NCBI GenBank assembly: GCA_022840695.1
Contig: JALHDC010000001.1
Coordinates: 2,516-66,515, forward strand
Source of the DNA: a bacterium
Lineage (GTDB): Bacteria > Patescibacteriota > Dojkabacteria > SC72
DNA: 64,000 bases
Direction: 5' to 3'
The notes beneath the pieces were generated by a model. That model was not told where the DNA came from. It did no database searches and saw nothing but the letters and a program-made list of their open reading frames with translations. A program made the translations under genes and the position numbers. Shown piece by piece: positions 44,867 to 55,742 of the stretch (its first letter is position 1; each line of letters starts with the position of its first letter).

Positions 44867-46303
44867 ATGCAAAGAAAATTTATCAATAAAGAAAGAGTAT
44901 TTATTATTACTGTTTTCTTTCTTTCTTCCATATGTCTTTCTATTCTATTTCAAGAATCTTTGTATAAATCATTGTTCCTCCTGCTAACTATTTTAATCTG
45001 GGGAGTATCCACTTTTTATACAAAAAGTATTTCTCTTTCCTCTTTTCTGTATATATTATTTGTTCTTCCATTCAATGTTACCTTACAACTCCCCCACTCT
45101 GTTCATATCGTTGGTACAGAGGTTTTGTTATCTACTCCATTCGTCTCAGGAATTTATGTTAATTACTTAGTCCCTACGGTTTCAATCCTAGATATTGCGG
45201 TTTTGCTTTTTCTGGCTTCTGCTATAGTGGAAAATGGTATTTCTGTTTATTGGAGACTATTAAAAAATTGGAAAAATGGAGTTTTAATTTTTTTAATTAT
45301 ATTAATTGCCCAAGCTTTAATGCTTAGTAGTTTCCTCTCGCTGTTTAACTCTATCCGATTATTTTTATATATCCTTTTTGTCATAACGATAGTAGTAGAG
45401 TTTAAAAAGAAATTTTCTCCTAAAACATATTCCTCTGTTCTTTTAATCTTCCTTTCTAATACTATTGTTCAAGGAGTAAGTAGTATGATTCAATTTACCA
45501 GAGGATCTTCATTGGGTATGAATTTTATCGGAGAATCACAGGTTGTAACTGGTATGCAGGGATCTAGTTTTTTAGAGTTGGGAGGACAATTATTTCTAAG
45601 GGGGTATGGCACATTCCCTCACCCTAATTTATTAGCCGGATACGTTCTTTTAAGTATACTTGTTGGAATTCTATTCTTTGAGAGACAGAAAATATTATCA
45701 ACTATTTTAATTATATTTTCCTTTATTGTTCTACTTTTTACCTTTTCAAGGGTATCAATACTTCTTGCTGGAATATTTTTCTTAGCTATTTTTATGAAAA
45801 AGATTATAAGTAAAAAATATATACTTAGTTCTTTCGTTCCCACTCTGCTATTTGAAAGATTTATGAATCTGTTCAATAACGGAGATAGTGGTTTGAATGA
45901 CAGGATATTACTTCTAAAGAAGAGTTTTGAATCATTGAAAGATAATTGGTTCTTAGGAGTGGGAGTTGGGAACTTTGTTAAATCTATGGAAAAGATGATT
46001 CCTAGGACTGCAAGGGGAATACCATTATTACAACCAGTTCACAACATTTTTATTCTTGCTATTTCTGAATTAGGATCAATTGGTTTCCTATCTTTTGTAT
46101 ATGTACTCTTTTACTTTTGTATATCTAGTATTAAGAGATGGAATTTAATAAAGAGTCTAGTAGTTCTCTATATTTTAATCATAGGAAGTTTTGATCACTA
46201 TCTTTTCTCTCTTCCTCAAGGATTAATGATATTCTCACTTCTTTTGATAATTCTCTGTTTAGATCATCTGTACGATGATAAAGAGGATATAAAGAAGAAT
46301 TAA
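44867..46303 (+). CDS. O-antigen ligase family membrane protein
   Basis: RGYGTFPHPNLLAG, TFSR, GVGVGNF, PVHNIFIL, FDHY. Confidence 0.85.
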   Translation: MQRKFINKERVFIITVFFLSSICLSILFQESLYKSLFLLLTILIWGVSTFYTKSISLSSFLYILFVLPFNVTLQLPHSVHIVGTEVLLSTPFVSGIYVNYLVPTVSILDIAVLLFLASAIVENGISVYWRLLKNWKNGVLIFLIILIAQALMLSSFLSLFNSIRLFLYILFVITIVVEFKKKFSPKTYSSVLLIFLSNTIVQGVSSMIQFTRGSSLGMNFIGESQVVTGMQGSSFLELGGQLFLRGYGTFPHPNLLAGYVLLSILVGILFFERQKILSTILIIFSFIVLLFTFSRVSILLAGIFFLAIFMKKIISKKYILSSFVPTLLFERFMNLFNNGDSGLNDRILLLKKSFESLKDNWFLGVGVGNFVKSMEKMIPRTARGIPLLQPVHNIFILAISELGSIGFLSFVYVLFYFCISSIKRWNLIKSLVVLYILIIGSFDHYLFSLPQGLMIFSLLLIILCLDHLYDDKEDIKKN

Positions 46304-47167
46304 GCCTATCCCCTCCTTTTTACTTATATAATACTTCTTTCCTAGTATCGCAAAAAGTATAAATATAACAGTTGCAAAGATGAGGAAAAGGAATTCCTCC
46401 ATGAAAGGCTTGAAATCAAGAGTTGTTATAAAAGAGGAGATACTTGTAACAAGAAGAATATCAAATATTGTAGAACCTAATATATTCCCCAACCCTATTT
46501 GTAGATTTCCCTTCTTTATTATTGCCAGTGAGGTTATTAACTCTGGTATAGATGTCCCTATAGCTAATATGAAGTATCCCACGGTTGTTTTTGCTAATCC
46601 ATAGCTTTCTGCAAAAAGTACAATATTATCTACACAAATCTTTCCAGAAAATATTAATAACCCAAAGGAAACCAAAAGGATTAATACATTAAATCTCGTC
46701 TTACTTGCTATTGTAATAGTATGGTTGTTATGTTTGGCAAGGTATATAGCAATGATTAATAAAATTACTGCTACTATTCCAATAATCCAATTCATTTTAA
46801 ATCCGAAGAGTAGGATAATGAGGAAGAATGATGAAAACATTATTAAGTTTGTGGGAATATTTCTCTTTATATCTATTTCGGATAGTTTATAGTTAGAAAA
46901 TAGTGCTAATATTCCTAATATCAATGATGATTTAACTATTGCGCTTCCTAATATTGTAGATATTGCAATTTCTGGGTGTCCAGTCATGGTTGAATATGTA
47001 CTTATCACCAGATCAGGCAGAGAAGTCCCTAGTGCTATGAGAGTAAAACCTATTAAAAAGCTACTAATCCTTATTTTTTTAGCTAATGCTATAGATTGCT
47101 CTATGAAGATCTCTGCAGACTTAATAAGAAAGAGTAACGAGAGTATTGCGAGTAAAATTTGAGGCAT
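46259..47167 (-). CDS. Ca2+/Na+ antiporter (YrbG/CaCA family)
   Basis: Two alpha repeats, ALGTSLPD and AIGTSIPE, plus GNILGS. Confidence 0.9.
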   Translation of the reverse strand: MPQILLAILSLLFLIKSAEIFIEQSIALAKKIRISSFLIGFTLIALGTSLPDLVISTYSTMTGHPEIAISTILGSAIVKSSLILGILALFSNYKLSEIDIKRNIPTNLIMFSSFFLIILLFGFKMNWIIGIVAVILLIIAIYLAKHNNHTITIASKTRFNVLILLVSFGLLIFSGKICVDNIVLFAESYGLAKTTVGYFILAIGTSIPELITSLAIIKKGNLQIGLGNILGSTIFDILLVTSISSFITTLDFKPFMEEFLFLIFATVIFILFAILGKKYYISKKEGIGLILLYILFIIVQMI

Positions 47168-47236
47168 ACTATTTTAAGAATGAATTATCCTTATGAATAG
47201 TACCATATATTAGGTATTTGTAGAAGTTTTTATGGG

Positions 47237-47254
47237 AACGGAGAGAGAGGGATT
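47237..47254. repeat. 18-bp duplication of the tRNA-Ser(GGA) 3' end (att-like)
   Basis: aacggagagagagggatt, identical to 48031..48048. Confidence 0.8.
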
Positions 47255-47271
47255 TCTCAAAATGATTCTTT

Positions 47272-47955
47272 TTATATAACTTCATCAATAAATCCCATTT
47301 GAAGTGCTTGTTCAGATGTTAGATATGTTCCAACACCCATGTTTGCTTTCATTAAATCTTGAACACTTTCAGGAGTCATATCCTTTCCTGCTTTATTAAC
47401 CCTGTCCGCAACTATTTCCGAATATAATGTATATAGGGCTCGAGATTCTGCAATTTGGTGTTCTATTCTGTCGACTTCTCCCTCAACATATGTACTTATA
47501 GGATGGAAAAGCATTCTTGAATTTTCTGGCATCTGTCTAATATCGCCTGCCTGTATAATAAGAGCTCCCATCGACATTATCGGTCCATATCCTGTGATTG
47601 TTATTGGAACATTATGCTTTCGGGAGAACACTCTTAAAAGATCGTGAACTCCAAAGCCTGAATTCACAGAACCTCCAAAAGAGGAGAAATTAACCTGAAG
47701 GTGACTGAGGTCATTCTCATCATTTTCTATCTTGTATAAATCTGTGCTTACCTGTTTAAACATCTCTTGGTCTACTCTTCCATTGACAGTAATCTGGGGT
47801 TCTTGCCTGCGTAACCTTTCTGGAGAAATAATCCCATCGTATCTTTCATAAAATCCTTTTGGAACTTCTTGGCTCTTTCCAATCTCCTTTATTGCATCAC
47901 CGGATAAAGATGTTTGTCTATCTATGTACTTTGGGTAATCTTCTTGTCCTGTCAT
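47272..47955 (-). CDS. ClpP-like serine protease
   Basis: SFGGSVNSG, IMSMGALII (Ser), MLFHP (His), YLTSEQALQMGFIDEVI. Confidence 0.82.
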   Translation of the reverse strand: MTGQEDYPKYIDRQTSLSGDAIKEIGKSQEVPKGFYERYDGIISPERLRRQEPQITVNGRVDQEMFKQVSTDLYKIENDENDLSHLQVNFSSFGGSVNSGFGVHDLLRVFSRKHNVPITITGYGPIMSMGALIIQAGDIRQMPENSRMLFHPISTYVEGEVDRIEHQIAESRALYTLYSEIVADRVNKAGKDMTPESVQDLMKANMGVGTYLTSEQALQMGFIDEVI

Positions 47956-48032
47956 AAAAGAATATTAACAGTAATATAAATAAATAACAAGATAATCAGA
48001 TAGTAGTTGTTTTTCAAGAAATTAGGCCGAAA

Positions 48033-48119
48033 CGGAGAGAGAGGGATTCGAACCCTCGGTATGATTTCTCATACGCACGCTCTCCAAGCGTGTCCTTTCG
48101 ACCACTCAGGCATCTCTCC
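48033..48119 (-). tRNA. tRNA-Ser(GGA)
   Basis: GGAGAGA acceptor, CACGC-TTGGAGA-GCGTG anticodon arm and long variable arm. Confidence 0.93.
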
Positions 48120-48183
48120 CTATATTTAGGCTATTCTATCAAATGTTGTTGATATTAACTAGATTAGAAGATAATATTAATTA

Positions 48184-48906
48184 ATGAAAGATTTTCCTAA
48201 AAAAATCTGGTTAATAGTCCTCTTCTTTTTATTACTATCCCTTTCGATCAATCTACTAAAAGAAAATCATGAAAAAGAGGAAGTACTCGGAATAAATAAT
48301 AAAAATATTGAGGAGGTAGTAATAGAAGAAAGCCTTAATATTGCAAAAGCACAGCTAGATATATCTAATAAAAGTGTAGAAAAGAATGAAGTCTATGTCC
48401 CCTACTATTGGAAGAATGGTTTAAATGTTGATTCTAAAGATTATTTATTAGGATATATTCCTTCTATTAATAGTTTTTATGAGTATTATGTATCTAAAAA
48501 TAAGATACTATTAGGAGTTAATCCTCGAAAATATGATTATGATATGGAAGAGGTAATGAATGTCGTAGATAATCGAGAGATGATATTTTCAAATGGTATT
48601 TTGAATGAAAGTCAGTATTTTCAGTGGGAAGAAAATTTATGTGATTCTTTCAGGTTGGATTCTGTAGGGAAGAAAATTTTTACCTGTTTAAACTGGTTGA
48701 ATTGGAGTGGAATTGAATTATCTAAGAAAAGTTTTGTATTAACAGATTGTAGTATAGAAGATACTGATGGATATTGCTTATTTGAGGAGTATAGTGAGAT
48801 ATACTATGATAGTAAGAAGTTAGGAGAAAAAAGGTGTTTCCAGAATGAGAATGAAGAATATCTTTGTGATTATGATGAGTATGTTAAACAAATAGAATAT
48901 AATTAA
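48184..48906 (+). CDS. Membrane-anchored hypothetical protein
   Basis: N-terminal TM/signal segment and a Cys-containing C-terminal half. Confidence 0.7.
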   Translation: MKDFPKKIWLIVLFFLLLSLSINLLKENHEKEEVLGINNKNIEEVVIEESLNIAKAQLDISNKSVEKNEVYVPYYWKNGLNVDSKDYLLGYIPSINSFYEYYVSKNKILLGVNPRKYDYDMEEVMNVVDNREMIFSNGILNESQYFQWEENLCDSFRLDSVGKKIFTCLNWLNWSGIELSKKSFVLTDCSIEDTDGYCLFEEYSEIYYDSKKLGEKRCFQNENEEYLCDYDEYVKQIEYN

Positions 48907-48923
48907 ATTTATTTACTGCCTTA

Positions 48924-50678
48924 ATGAGATTTATTAAATCATTTATATTTTCACTCTTTCTCATAATACTTCTCCCCTCCACCATTCTTGCCAGAGAGAT
49001 TATTAGAGAGGAAGACGGAGAAAGATGCATAGATTTGGAAGCTGCTTATGCAGATATTAATGATTCGAGTAAGGCATTGACAGGGCAGGATAATAGTGTT
49101 GATGCGGTTAAGAGAGTAAATACCGTAGCTTCTCTGACTAATATTATGTCAATCTTAATAGGAGATAGTATTTACTGTGTGAACGATGAAGCTTCTGTAT
49201 CGAATATCGGGGGATCAGATGACAATGGGCTTATTGGACAGTTATTAAATGCAAATTCACAAATGATTGCTTCGTTCCCGACAGTCAATGTCGGGCAACA
49301 CCTTGCCGAGGAGTTTATCCCTGGTTATCGCGACAATGTAGGAATTTTTGCATTGGGGATAGGAGATTATGAAGAAGATGATCTTGATAAAGAGGAAAGG
49401 AAGGGACAAAAAAGAATAAAGCAAATACAAGAGAAGGTGACAGATCCCTTACAAGAGCAATTTTTAGAAGATGCTAACCAAATTATTGAAGAGAGTGAAA
49501 ATTTGGAAAGTGTAGATACTTCAAACCCTGTTACAAATTCTGGTTATAACTATTTAAAGGATAATTTACATCTTGATGAGATTTGGGGTACTTTTAGAAA
49601 TATTGCCTACCTGGGATATGTAATTATTATTATTATTGTTGGTTTCATGATCATGTTCCGGAAGAATCTTCCTGGGCAAATCGTTGTATCGTTGGGAAAT
49701 ACAATCCCCCAGATTATATTCGGGCTCATTTTAGTAACATTTAGTTTCGCCATTGTTGGAATAGTTATGGATGTAGGTAAAACATCAATGAAAGTGATAG
49801 GTTCTATGTTTGTATCTGTGTATAAAGAGGAAGATCCTACTGTAACGGAGGAAGATTTGGTAGGAGTTGAAGATATTGGTTCCTTAACCGATGAAGCCTT
49901 AATAACTGCTAAACAGGACGGTTTTATAGTCTCTAATCTAAGAAAGCTGCCATTGATAGGCGAGAATTTAGCTGATTCATATTCTGGAACTGCCGGAACA
50001 GTTAAGAAAATTGTTGGACAATCAGTTGGTATATTTACATTAACTGCATTAGCAGATGTGATGACTAAGAATATTCAAAATATGCATTTTGATGTAAATA
50101 TTTTGGGGGTTGATTTGGTTTTGGATATCGCTGCGGAGACAATAAAGAGCATTATAACCCTTCCTCTGAATGCGATAAAAGTTGGTTTAACAACCTTTCT
50201 TATTAGAAACATATTACTTCTCCTAGTTTGTCTATATGCTTCTTTTAAATTGTTCATTACGATGTTAATGACATATCTTAAATTATTCATCAATGTCATA
50301 TTTGGCCCTATTCAGATAATGTTAGGTTCTCTTCCTGGAAATTTCTCTTCAACAACAAAATGGTTTAAATCCGTTATTGCAAATGTATTCACATTTGTAG
50401 GAATATACTTAGTTATAAATGTATTTGCATTCATATCTTCTGCAGTTGATCCTGCTCAATTCAATTTTTTTGGAAATAAAGGAGTATTTTGGCCAGATTG
50501 GATAGTCTCTTTAGAGGGAGTTATTTTAATAGCAGGCTATCTATTTGCAGCTAATATGCCAACAATAATTAATGGTGCACTAAAGATAGAGCAAAGTAAG
50601 GAGATGTCTATGGTTGGCCAATCAGTACAGAAGGCTGCAGGAAAAATACCTTTTATAGGTGGAATGTTTAATGGTTAG
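48924..50678 (+). CDS. Polytopic membrane protein, VirB6/TrbL-like (CPR type)
   Basis: Signal peptide, IWGTFRNIAYLGYVIIIIIVGFMIMF, LILVTFSFAIVG, IFGPIQIMLGSLPG...WFKSVIAN. The family call is inference. Confidence 0.6.
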   Translation: MRFIKSFIFSLFLIILLPSTILAREIIREEDGERCIDLEAAYADINDSSKALTGQDNSVDAVKRVNTVASLTNIMSILIGDSIYCVNDEASVSNIGGSDDNGLIGQLLNANSQMIASFPTVNVGQHLAEEFIPGYRDNVGIFALGIGDYEEDDLDKEERKGQKRIKQIQEKVTDPLQEQFLEDANQIIEESENLESVDTSNPVTNSGYNYLKDNLHLDEIWGTFRNIAYLGYVIIIIIVGFMIMFRKNLPGQIVVSLGNTIPQIIFGLILVTFSFAIVGIVMDVGKTSMKVIGSMFVSVYKEEDPTVTEEDLVGVEDIGSLTDEALITAKQDGFIVSNLRKLPLIGENLADSYSGTAGTVKKIVGQSVGIFTLTALADVMTKNIQNMHFDVNILGVDLVLDIAAETIKSIITLPLNAIKVGLTTFLIRNILLLLVCLYASFKLFITMLMTYLKLFINVIFGPIQIMLGSLPGNFSSTTKWFKSVIANVFTFVGIYLVINVFAFISSAVDPAQFNFFGNKGVFWPDWIVSLEGVILIAGYLFAANMPTIINGALKIEQSKEMSMVGQSVQKAAGKIPFIGGMFNG

Positions 50679-50689
50679 AGGTAAATGCA

Positions 50690-52630
50690 ATGGATAAAAA
50701 AAACGATTTAAACATATATGATTCGATTTTTAGTTTCATATTTGATGCTCAAGAAAAGAAAAGAAATAAACCGTTTCCTAAAAATATTGATGGAATGTCC
50801 GATTATGCTTCTGCTTTAGTTGAAATAGGTACTCAACCACTACTCTATCCCTTAGAATCAGCATTTAAATCCATTAATAGTAGTGTTGCAAAAGCAACCT
50901 CCATAGATTTAGGTGGAGGTATTTCAGCTGGATTGGGATCTGGAGCCTTTATGAATCCATCAAAATATTCCAAATCAGAAGTATCTAAAAATAGGGCAAG
51001 AGCTAAGTGGGCTTCTATAGGGGGATCCCTACATTATGCAATCGATGGGGCATTAATATCTTTGTATGCGAAATCAAATGGAGCTTCTTCGAGAACGGCA
51101 TATGAGGCAGGTGATCTCTTCAAGGAACTTTTGAAAGAAGAAATATATTCAGGATATAAATACTCAAATCACCATATATTTGGATCCGATTCTTTATCAA
51201 AAAAGGAAATAGAGGAAAAATCTAAGTCGAAGAGAAATGATCAAATATTCGGATATCGTTCTAAGGAGGAAATATTAGGATCAGAAGAAGAATTTTTTAA
51301 TAGGGCTGTTCAATTAAGAGCCTCTACCCTATCAGGATTGAATCCAAAACTTTCGAAATCTTGGTTAATTGCAAATGTTAAGGATTTACAAAAGGAACCT
51401 TCTAAAAATGAAAGAATAAAAAAGACTGCACAATTACTTTCCTTGCAAGGTTTAGATATGAAAGAAGGTCTTAATGTCGGATATTCTCTTTGGGGAAGTG
51501 CTAAGACATCCGATTTAGGATTATTCAGAGTTGGAGATGAAGTATGGAAATCAAAAAAAGAAGAAATAAGTAGAAATTATAATTTAGATAGGCAAGATAT
51601 TGGGAAGATTGAATATTATAGAGAAATAGAAGATATTAAAGAGAGGGAGAAAGCAGTATATACTTTTTTGAAGAATGATAAAAATTTGGATCCCAAAATT
51701 GCTTTTAATATTGCAAAGGAAATATCCAATATTCAGGTAAATGATGGGAATACCATTGCAAAGAATTCTATATATTGGTCATTAGCAGCTGATATTACAG
51801 AAAAACTAAAAAAAGATGGTAATTATGTAGAAATACCAGAAGTTAAAAAAAGGGTAGAGTCAATCCTACAACCATCTTCTAAATCAACTTTGGGAATGAA
51901 ATTTGAGAGGGGAATACTTATAGGAAATTGGTTAGCAAATAGTGGTTCTTGGGGATCTATATTAGTTGATGGAAATTGGGAGAAATTTGGAGTTGAGGAT
52001 ATTAACTTTACTAAAATAGTTGAGCCTGTATCTGTTAAGAAAGATGGTGAAGAGATAGGAACTTATTACAAAGGGGCTAATTCTGTTATTGGTAGATTAT
52101 TAGGTGATTTTTATTATTTTCATCCCAATAATTTAATAAAGGGATTATTTATTGATGGGAGTCTTTGGCTTAAGTGGGCCTGTGATAAGCAAGGGAATCT
52201 AAATACTAAAAGTTTCGCATATTTGATGAGTCAATTGAGTCTTAATAATTCACTGTCTTTCTTAATGAAACCTTTTAGGGGACTGACAAACAATGTTATT
52301 AAGATAATCAATCCTTTTTTTGAAGGGACAAAGAGATTTTTGAAAGGATTTTTTACCAAAATGTTAGGAGCTACTGGAATTGGTGGAATTTTGGTTAATC
52401 TTTTGATGAATGCAATCTCTGATAAATTTGCATATGTAATTAATCAAATTGTTATGGTTGTAGTATTAGGAGCAATAGGGATAGTATTTGTGATATTTGA
52501 TGCCTCTGGAGTAATGTATTCAGATGAGCCAATTAATACAGTAAAAGGGAAGGAGGATACCCAAGAGAATATTAATAACGAGAAGATATTTACTGATGAT
52601 GATTTTTTTGTAGATACTAGTGATAATTAA
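50690..52630 (+). CDS. Large hypothetical protein with C-terminal TM segments
   Basis: 646-aa ORF with hydrophobic segments near the C-terminus; in an apparent operon with the upstream gene. Confidence 0.75.
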   Translation: MDKKNDLNIYDSIFSFIFDAQEKKRNKPFPKNIDGMSDYASALVEIGTQPLLYPLESAFKSINSSVAKATSIDLGGGISAGLGSGAFMNPSKYSKSEVSKNRARAKWASIGGSLHYAIDGALISLYAKSNGASSRTAYEAGDLFKELLKEEIYSGYKYSNHHIFGSDSLSKKEIEEKSKSKRNDQIFGYRSKEEILGSEEEFFNRAVQLRASTLSGLNPKLSKSWLIANVKDLQKEPSKNERIKKTAQLLSLQGLDMKEGLNVGYSLWGSAKTSDLGLFRVGDEVWKSKKEEISRNYNLDRQDIGKIEYYREIEDIKEREKAVYTFLKNDKNLDPKIAFNIAKEISNIQVNDGNTIAKNSIYWSLAADITEKLKKDGNYVEIPEVKKRVESILQPSSKSTLGMKFERGILIGNWLANSGSWGSILVDGNWEKFGVEDINFTKIVEPVSVKKDGEEIGTYYKGANSVIGRLLGDFYYFHPNNLIKGLFIDGSLWLKWACDKQGNLNTKSFAYLMSQLSLNNSLSFLMKPFRGLTNNVIKIINPFFEGTKRFLKGFFTKMLGATGIGGILVNLLMNAISDKFAYVINQIVMVVVLGAIGIVFVIFDASGVMYSDEPINTVKGKEDTQENINNEKIFTDDDFFVDTSDN

Positions 52631-52724
52631 AACTCCCCGATAGTATATTAAATTTGCTTAATATAAGGGCTATAGTTGTTATTGTAGTACGATGTTACAT
52701 CTACCTTAAAGGAAAGAATGTTTA

Positions 52725-52801
52725 TGGCGTACCTGGCCGGAATCGAACCGACAACCTACTGCTTAGAAGGCAGTTGCTCTATCCGATTGAGCTACAGGTA
52801 C
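52725..52801 (-). tRNA. tRNA-Arg(TCT)
   Basis: GTACCTG acceptor, ACTGC-CTTCTAA-GCAGT anticodon arm and encoded CCA. Confidence 0.93.
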
Positions 52802-52845
52802 ATGACAAGAGCCATTTTATCAATAAATGAGGTTAAAATAAAGGA

Positions 52846-54510
52846 TTAGTTAACATTTAGAACAGATATCATAACTCCACCCTGTCTTTTTGGGAATCTT
52901 TTTAGAAATTCTGGGAACTTCTCTGGAAGGAATTCGATCTTTGTTTCTTTCTCAGAAAATTCATAATTCTTCAAATATTCTTGCCCTTCTTCCCAATTCA
53001 TACTTTTTAGATCATCTATTATTTTATTTTTATCAACCTTTGGTTTTACAGAACTTTTTGCAATAAGTTTAATCTTTACTCCTTGTTCATTACTTTCTAT
53101 TACAGAGATCTCTTTTTCTATTTCTTTATCTAATTCCAAATCCCAATCTTTGTCTGTTTCAAATAAGTTCTTATCCTTTGCTTCCTTAGTTAGTAGCTCT
53201 TGATGCTATCAGATATAACTTCGCTTTTTAGAGAATCTTCTATAATCAGCCATTTATCAGATAGTCCTCTTAGTTCACTTTCTCCCTCCTCTATACCTAT
53301 TTTCTTCAGATCTTCCACACCAGCATCCACATCAGCCTTAGAAAGGACGGTATATTCCTCTTTAGATCCCCCTGTTATTGCTCCACTATTATTAAGTGCC
53401 AATAGTTCTGTGCTAGAGTATCCTTGGAATGTAAAAAGTTGACCAGAAGGTAGATTATATTCTTCTCCAACTTCTATAGCTGTAATTCCAGCTACCGTTA
53501 AAGTGGTACATTTAACAGATGTATCTGAATCTAATGTATAGACTTTTCCTTTTGTAGAAAGTGTGCTTCCTGCAGGAAGGTTAAGTGCTGCTGTCCCATC
53601 ATTACAATCCTCTTTTATTTGGTAGATCTGGATTTCTCCACACTTTCACTTTTTACAGGTATCTTAAGATTTTCAAAGTCTATCTCTTTTATATTCTCAT
53701 CTCCTTGAAATTCCCTCTCTATACTTACCTCTTTCGCTTCTACATATATTTTAACTTTAACGAGTAATGCTGTATTTAAATATATAAAGCCAACTAAAAG
53801 AATTAAAAGGACAACGGATATAGCTACTAAAGGTGCCAATTTCTTAAGTTTTATTGGTATTGGAATATTATTAAAAAAGTTTTTAATCTTTTCCCCAATT
53901 GCTCCTACATTAGGTTTAAAGTTCCTTCTTTCCTTTATCCTTTTTTCTGGTTGTATCTTTTTGGGATCCTGTGTTTTCTGGCTAAAATCCACCTTAGAAA
54001 GATCAGGATCAATAACAATGGGGAAATCTTCGTTATTGTTATTAGCAGAAGGTAAATCCTCATCTAGAGAAATTAACAGACAATTGCACTATCTATTCTT
54101 TTTTGAAAATCAGATATGTTGGGAGTATCTTCTTGTTTCTCTACAACAGCTTCTACCTTTGGTGTTGTTTTCTGCTTTGGAGGATTTATTCTATTGGCAT
54201 AGTTAATCTCTTCCTTCTCCCAAATGTCCTCTGTTGGGAAGGATGGAACATCTATTGTTGAAATCCCCGCTAGTTTTGCGTTCCTTAATCCAGTTGGATT
54301 TTTTATAATCTGAGCTACTAATAATTTCTCACTTTCATCTGCTGTTTCTAATAGGACTTTTAGATTAATTGGGCTAATCAAAAGATCTGTTTCTTCTGCA
54401 AAAGTGAGTACGATCCTTTCATTTTGAGAATCTAATATCGCAGTAACAATATCTGTTAATTCGTCATCCTTATTTATTACTATTTTTGTAATTTTCTTTT
54501 CTTCTTCCAT
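52846..54510 (-). pseudogene. Baseplate-J/gp47-like membrane protein split by three frameshifts
   Basis: ORF pieces 54073-54510, 53615-53992, 53190-53402 and 52846-53139 join into one protein via -1 shifts near 54080, 53619 and 53200. It has AIEVGEEYNL and AITGGS motifs and is coupled to ftsA. Confidence 0.72.
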
Positions 54511-55742
54511 TACAATTCTTTCTCTTTCATATCATATACAAATTTAGTTAATGCTGCAGGTGTAATATCAAATATGTTTCTCAAATTCCCACTATTATCC
54601 TTTATGCAATCTAGTTTCTCAGGTGTAAAAAAATCGATTTTAGGTACTACTGGAAAAGGTAGAAACTTTTTCCAAGGAAATTCTAACATAACTTCTTTCA
54701 TCTCCGGTAATAAGGATCCTCCACCACATAAATATATTTGTGTGGGAAAGGAACTAATGTCATCACAGTATGAAAGAGCGGATTTTAGTGTTTTCATCCA
54801 TAATTTAGCTACTGGATACACAATTTTCTGAACATCCCTTGAGAGTTCCCTGTTTAAAGTCTTTTGTGAATATTTAATTTTTCTTTGTTCTGCATATCTA
54901 TATTCTAAATCAAGCATTTTTGCTATTTCTTTAGTAAAAGTTCTTCCTCCAAATGCAAACATTTTAGTTTCTACAACATTTCCCTTCTCCACTACGGCAA
55001 TATCTGTTGTCCCTCCTCCGATATCTATGAAGATTGCAGAAAAATCTCTGTTTGATGATCCAGAGTATGCCCTGGCTACAGCAAAAGGTTGAGAAACTAT
55101 TCCTAATACATTTAATTGAATCTCTGAAGCCACCTTTTTTAATGCTTCTGTGTATGTTTTTGGAGCAAATGATGCATAAAAGTGTAATCGAACATCCCTC
55201 CCTTTATACCCAACTAAAGAATCAACTGGCATTCCCCCTATTTCCAATCCTGTTTGTGTAATATGTAATATCTCAATATCATCGTTAGTTAACCCAATTC
55301 TTTGGCTTAAATCTTCCTTTCCGCTTGCCTCTATCTTATGTCTAATTTGAGAAAGTATCCTTCCTTCCTCCTTTTCTGTGACTTCTTTTTCATAATTTTC
55401 TTCTCTTTGATAATTAACTACTATGGATACTCCTTGTATATATTCTCCAGCTATACCCATAACAACATTTTTAGGAAATTGTTCTTCTGGTAGGCGATCA
55501 GTTAATTCGGAAATGGCAAGTCTGCAATTCTCTAAAACAGTATCTAAATTTTTGATAATGCCACTCTTCATCGCATGTTGTTGTTGCTCTACCCTTGAAA
55601 TTTTCTTTACTTCAATACCTAAATCATTAATTGAAAAAAGTATACTCTTGAGTTGTTCTGTCCCAATATCCAAAGCCACTATGTTATCTCCCGCTCTCAG
55701 AGAACTTTTGGGAGATGTTTTCAAAAAAGGCAGATTTAGCAT
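54510..55742 (-). CDS. ftsA: FtsA-family actin-like ATPase
   Basis: ALDIGTE, IDIGGGTTDIA, FGGRTFT, AEQRK, LCGGGSLL. Confidence 0.8.
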   Translation of the reverse strand: MLNLPFLKTSPKSSLRAGDNIVALDIGTEQLKSILFSINDLGIEVKKISRVEQQQHAMKSGIIKNLDTVLENCRLAISELTDRLPEEQFPKNVVMGIAGEYIQGVSIVVNYQREENYEKEVTEKEEGRILSQIRHKIEASGKEDLSQRIGLTNDDIEILHITQTGLEIGGMPVDSLVGYKGRDVRLHFYASFAPKTYTEALKKVASEIQLNVLGIVSQPFAVARAYSGSSNRDFSAIFIDIGGGTTDIAVVEKGNVVETKMFAFGGRTFTKEIAKMLDLEYRYAEQRKIKYSQKTLNRELSRDVQKIVYPVAKLWMKTLKSALSYCDDISSFPTQIYLCGGGSLLPEMKEVMLEFPWKKFLPFPVVPKIDFFTPEKLDCIKDNSGNLRNIFDITPAALTKFVYDMKEKEL

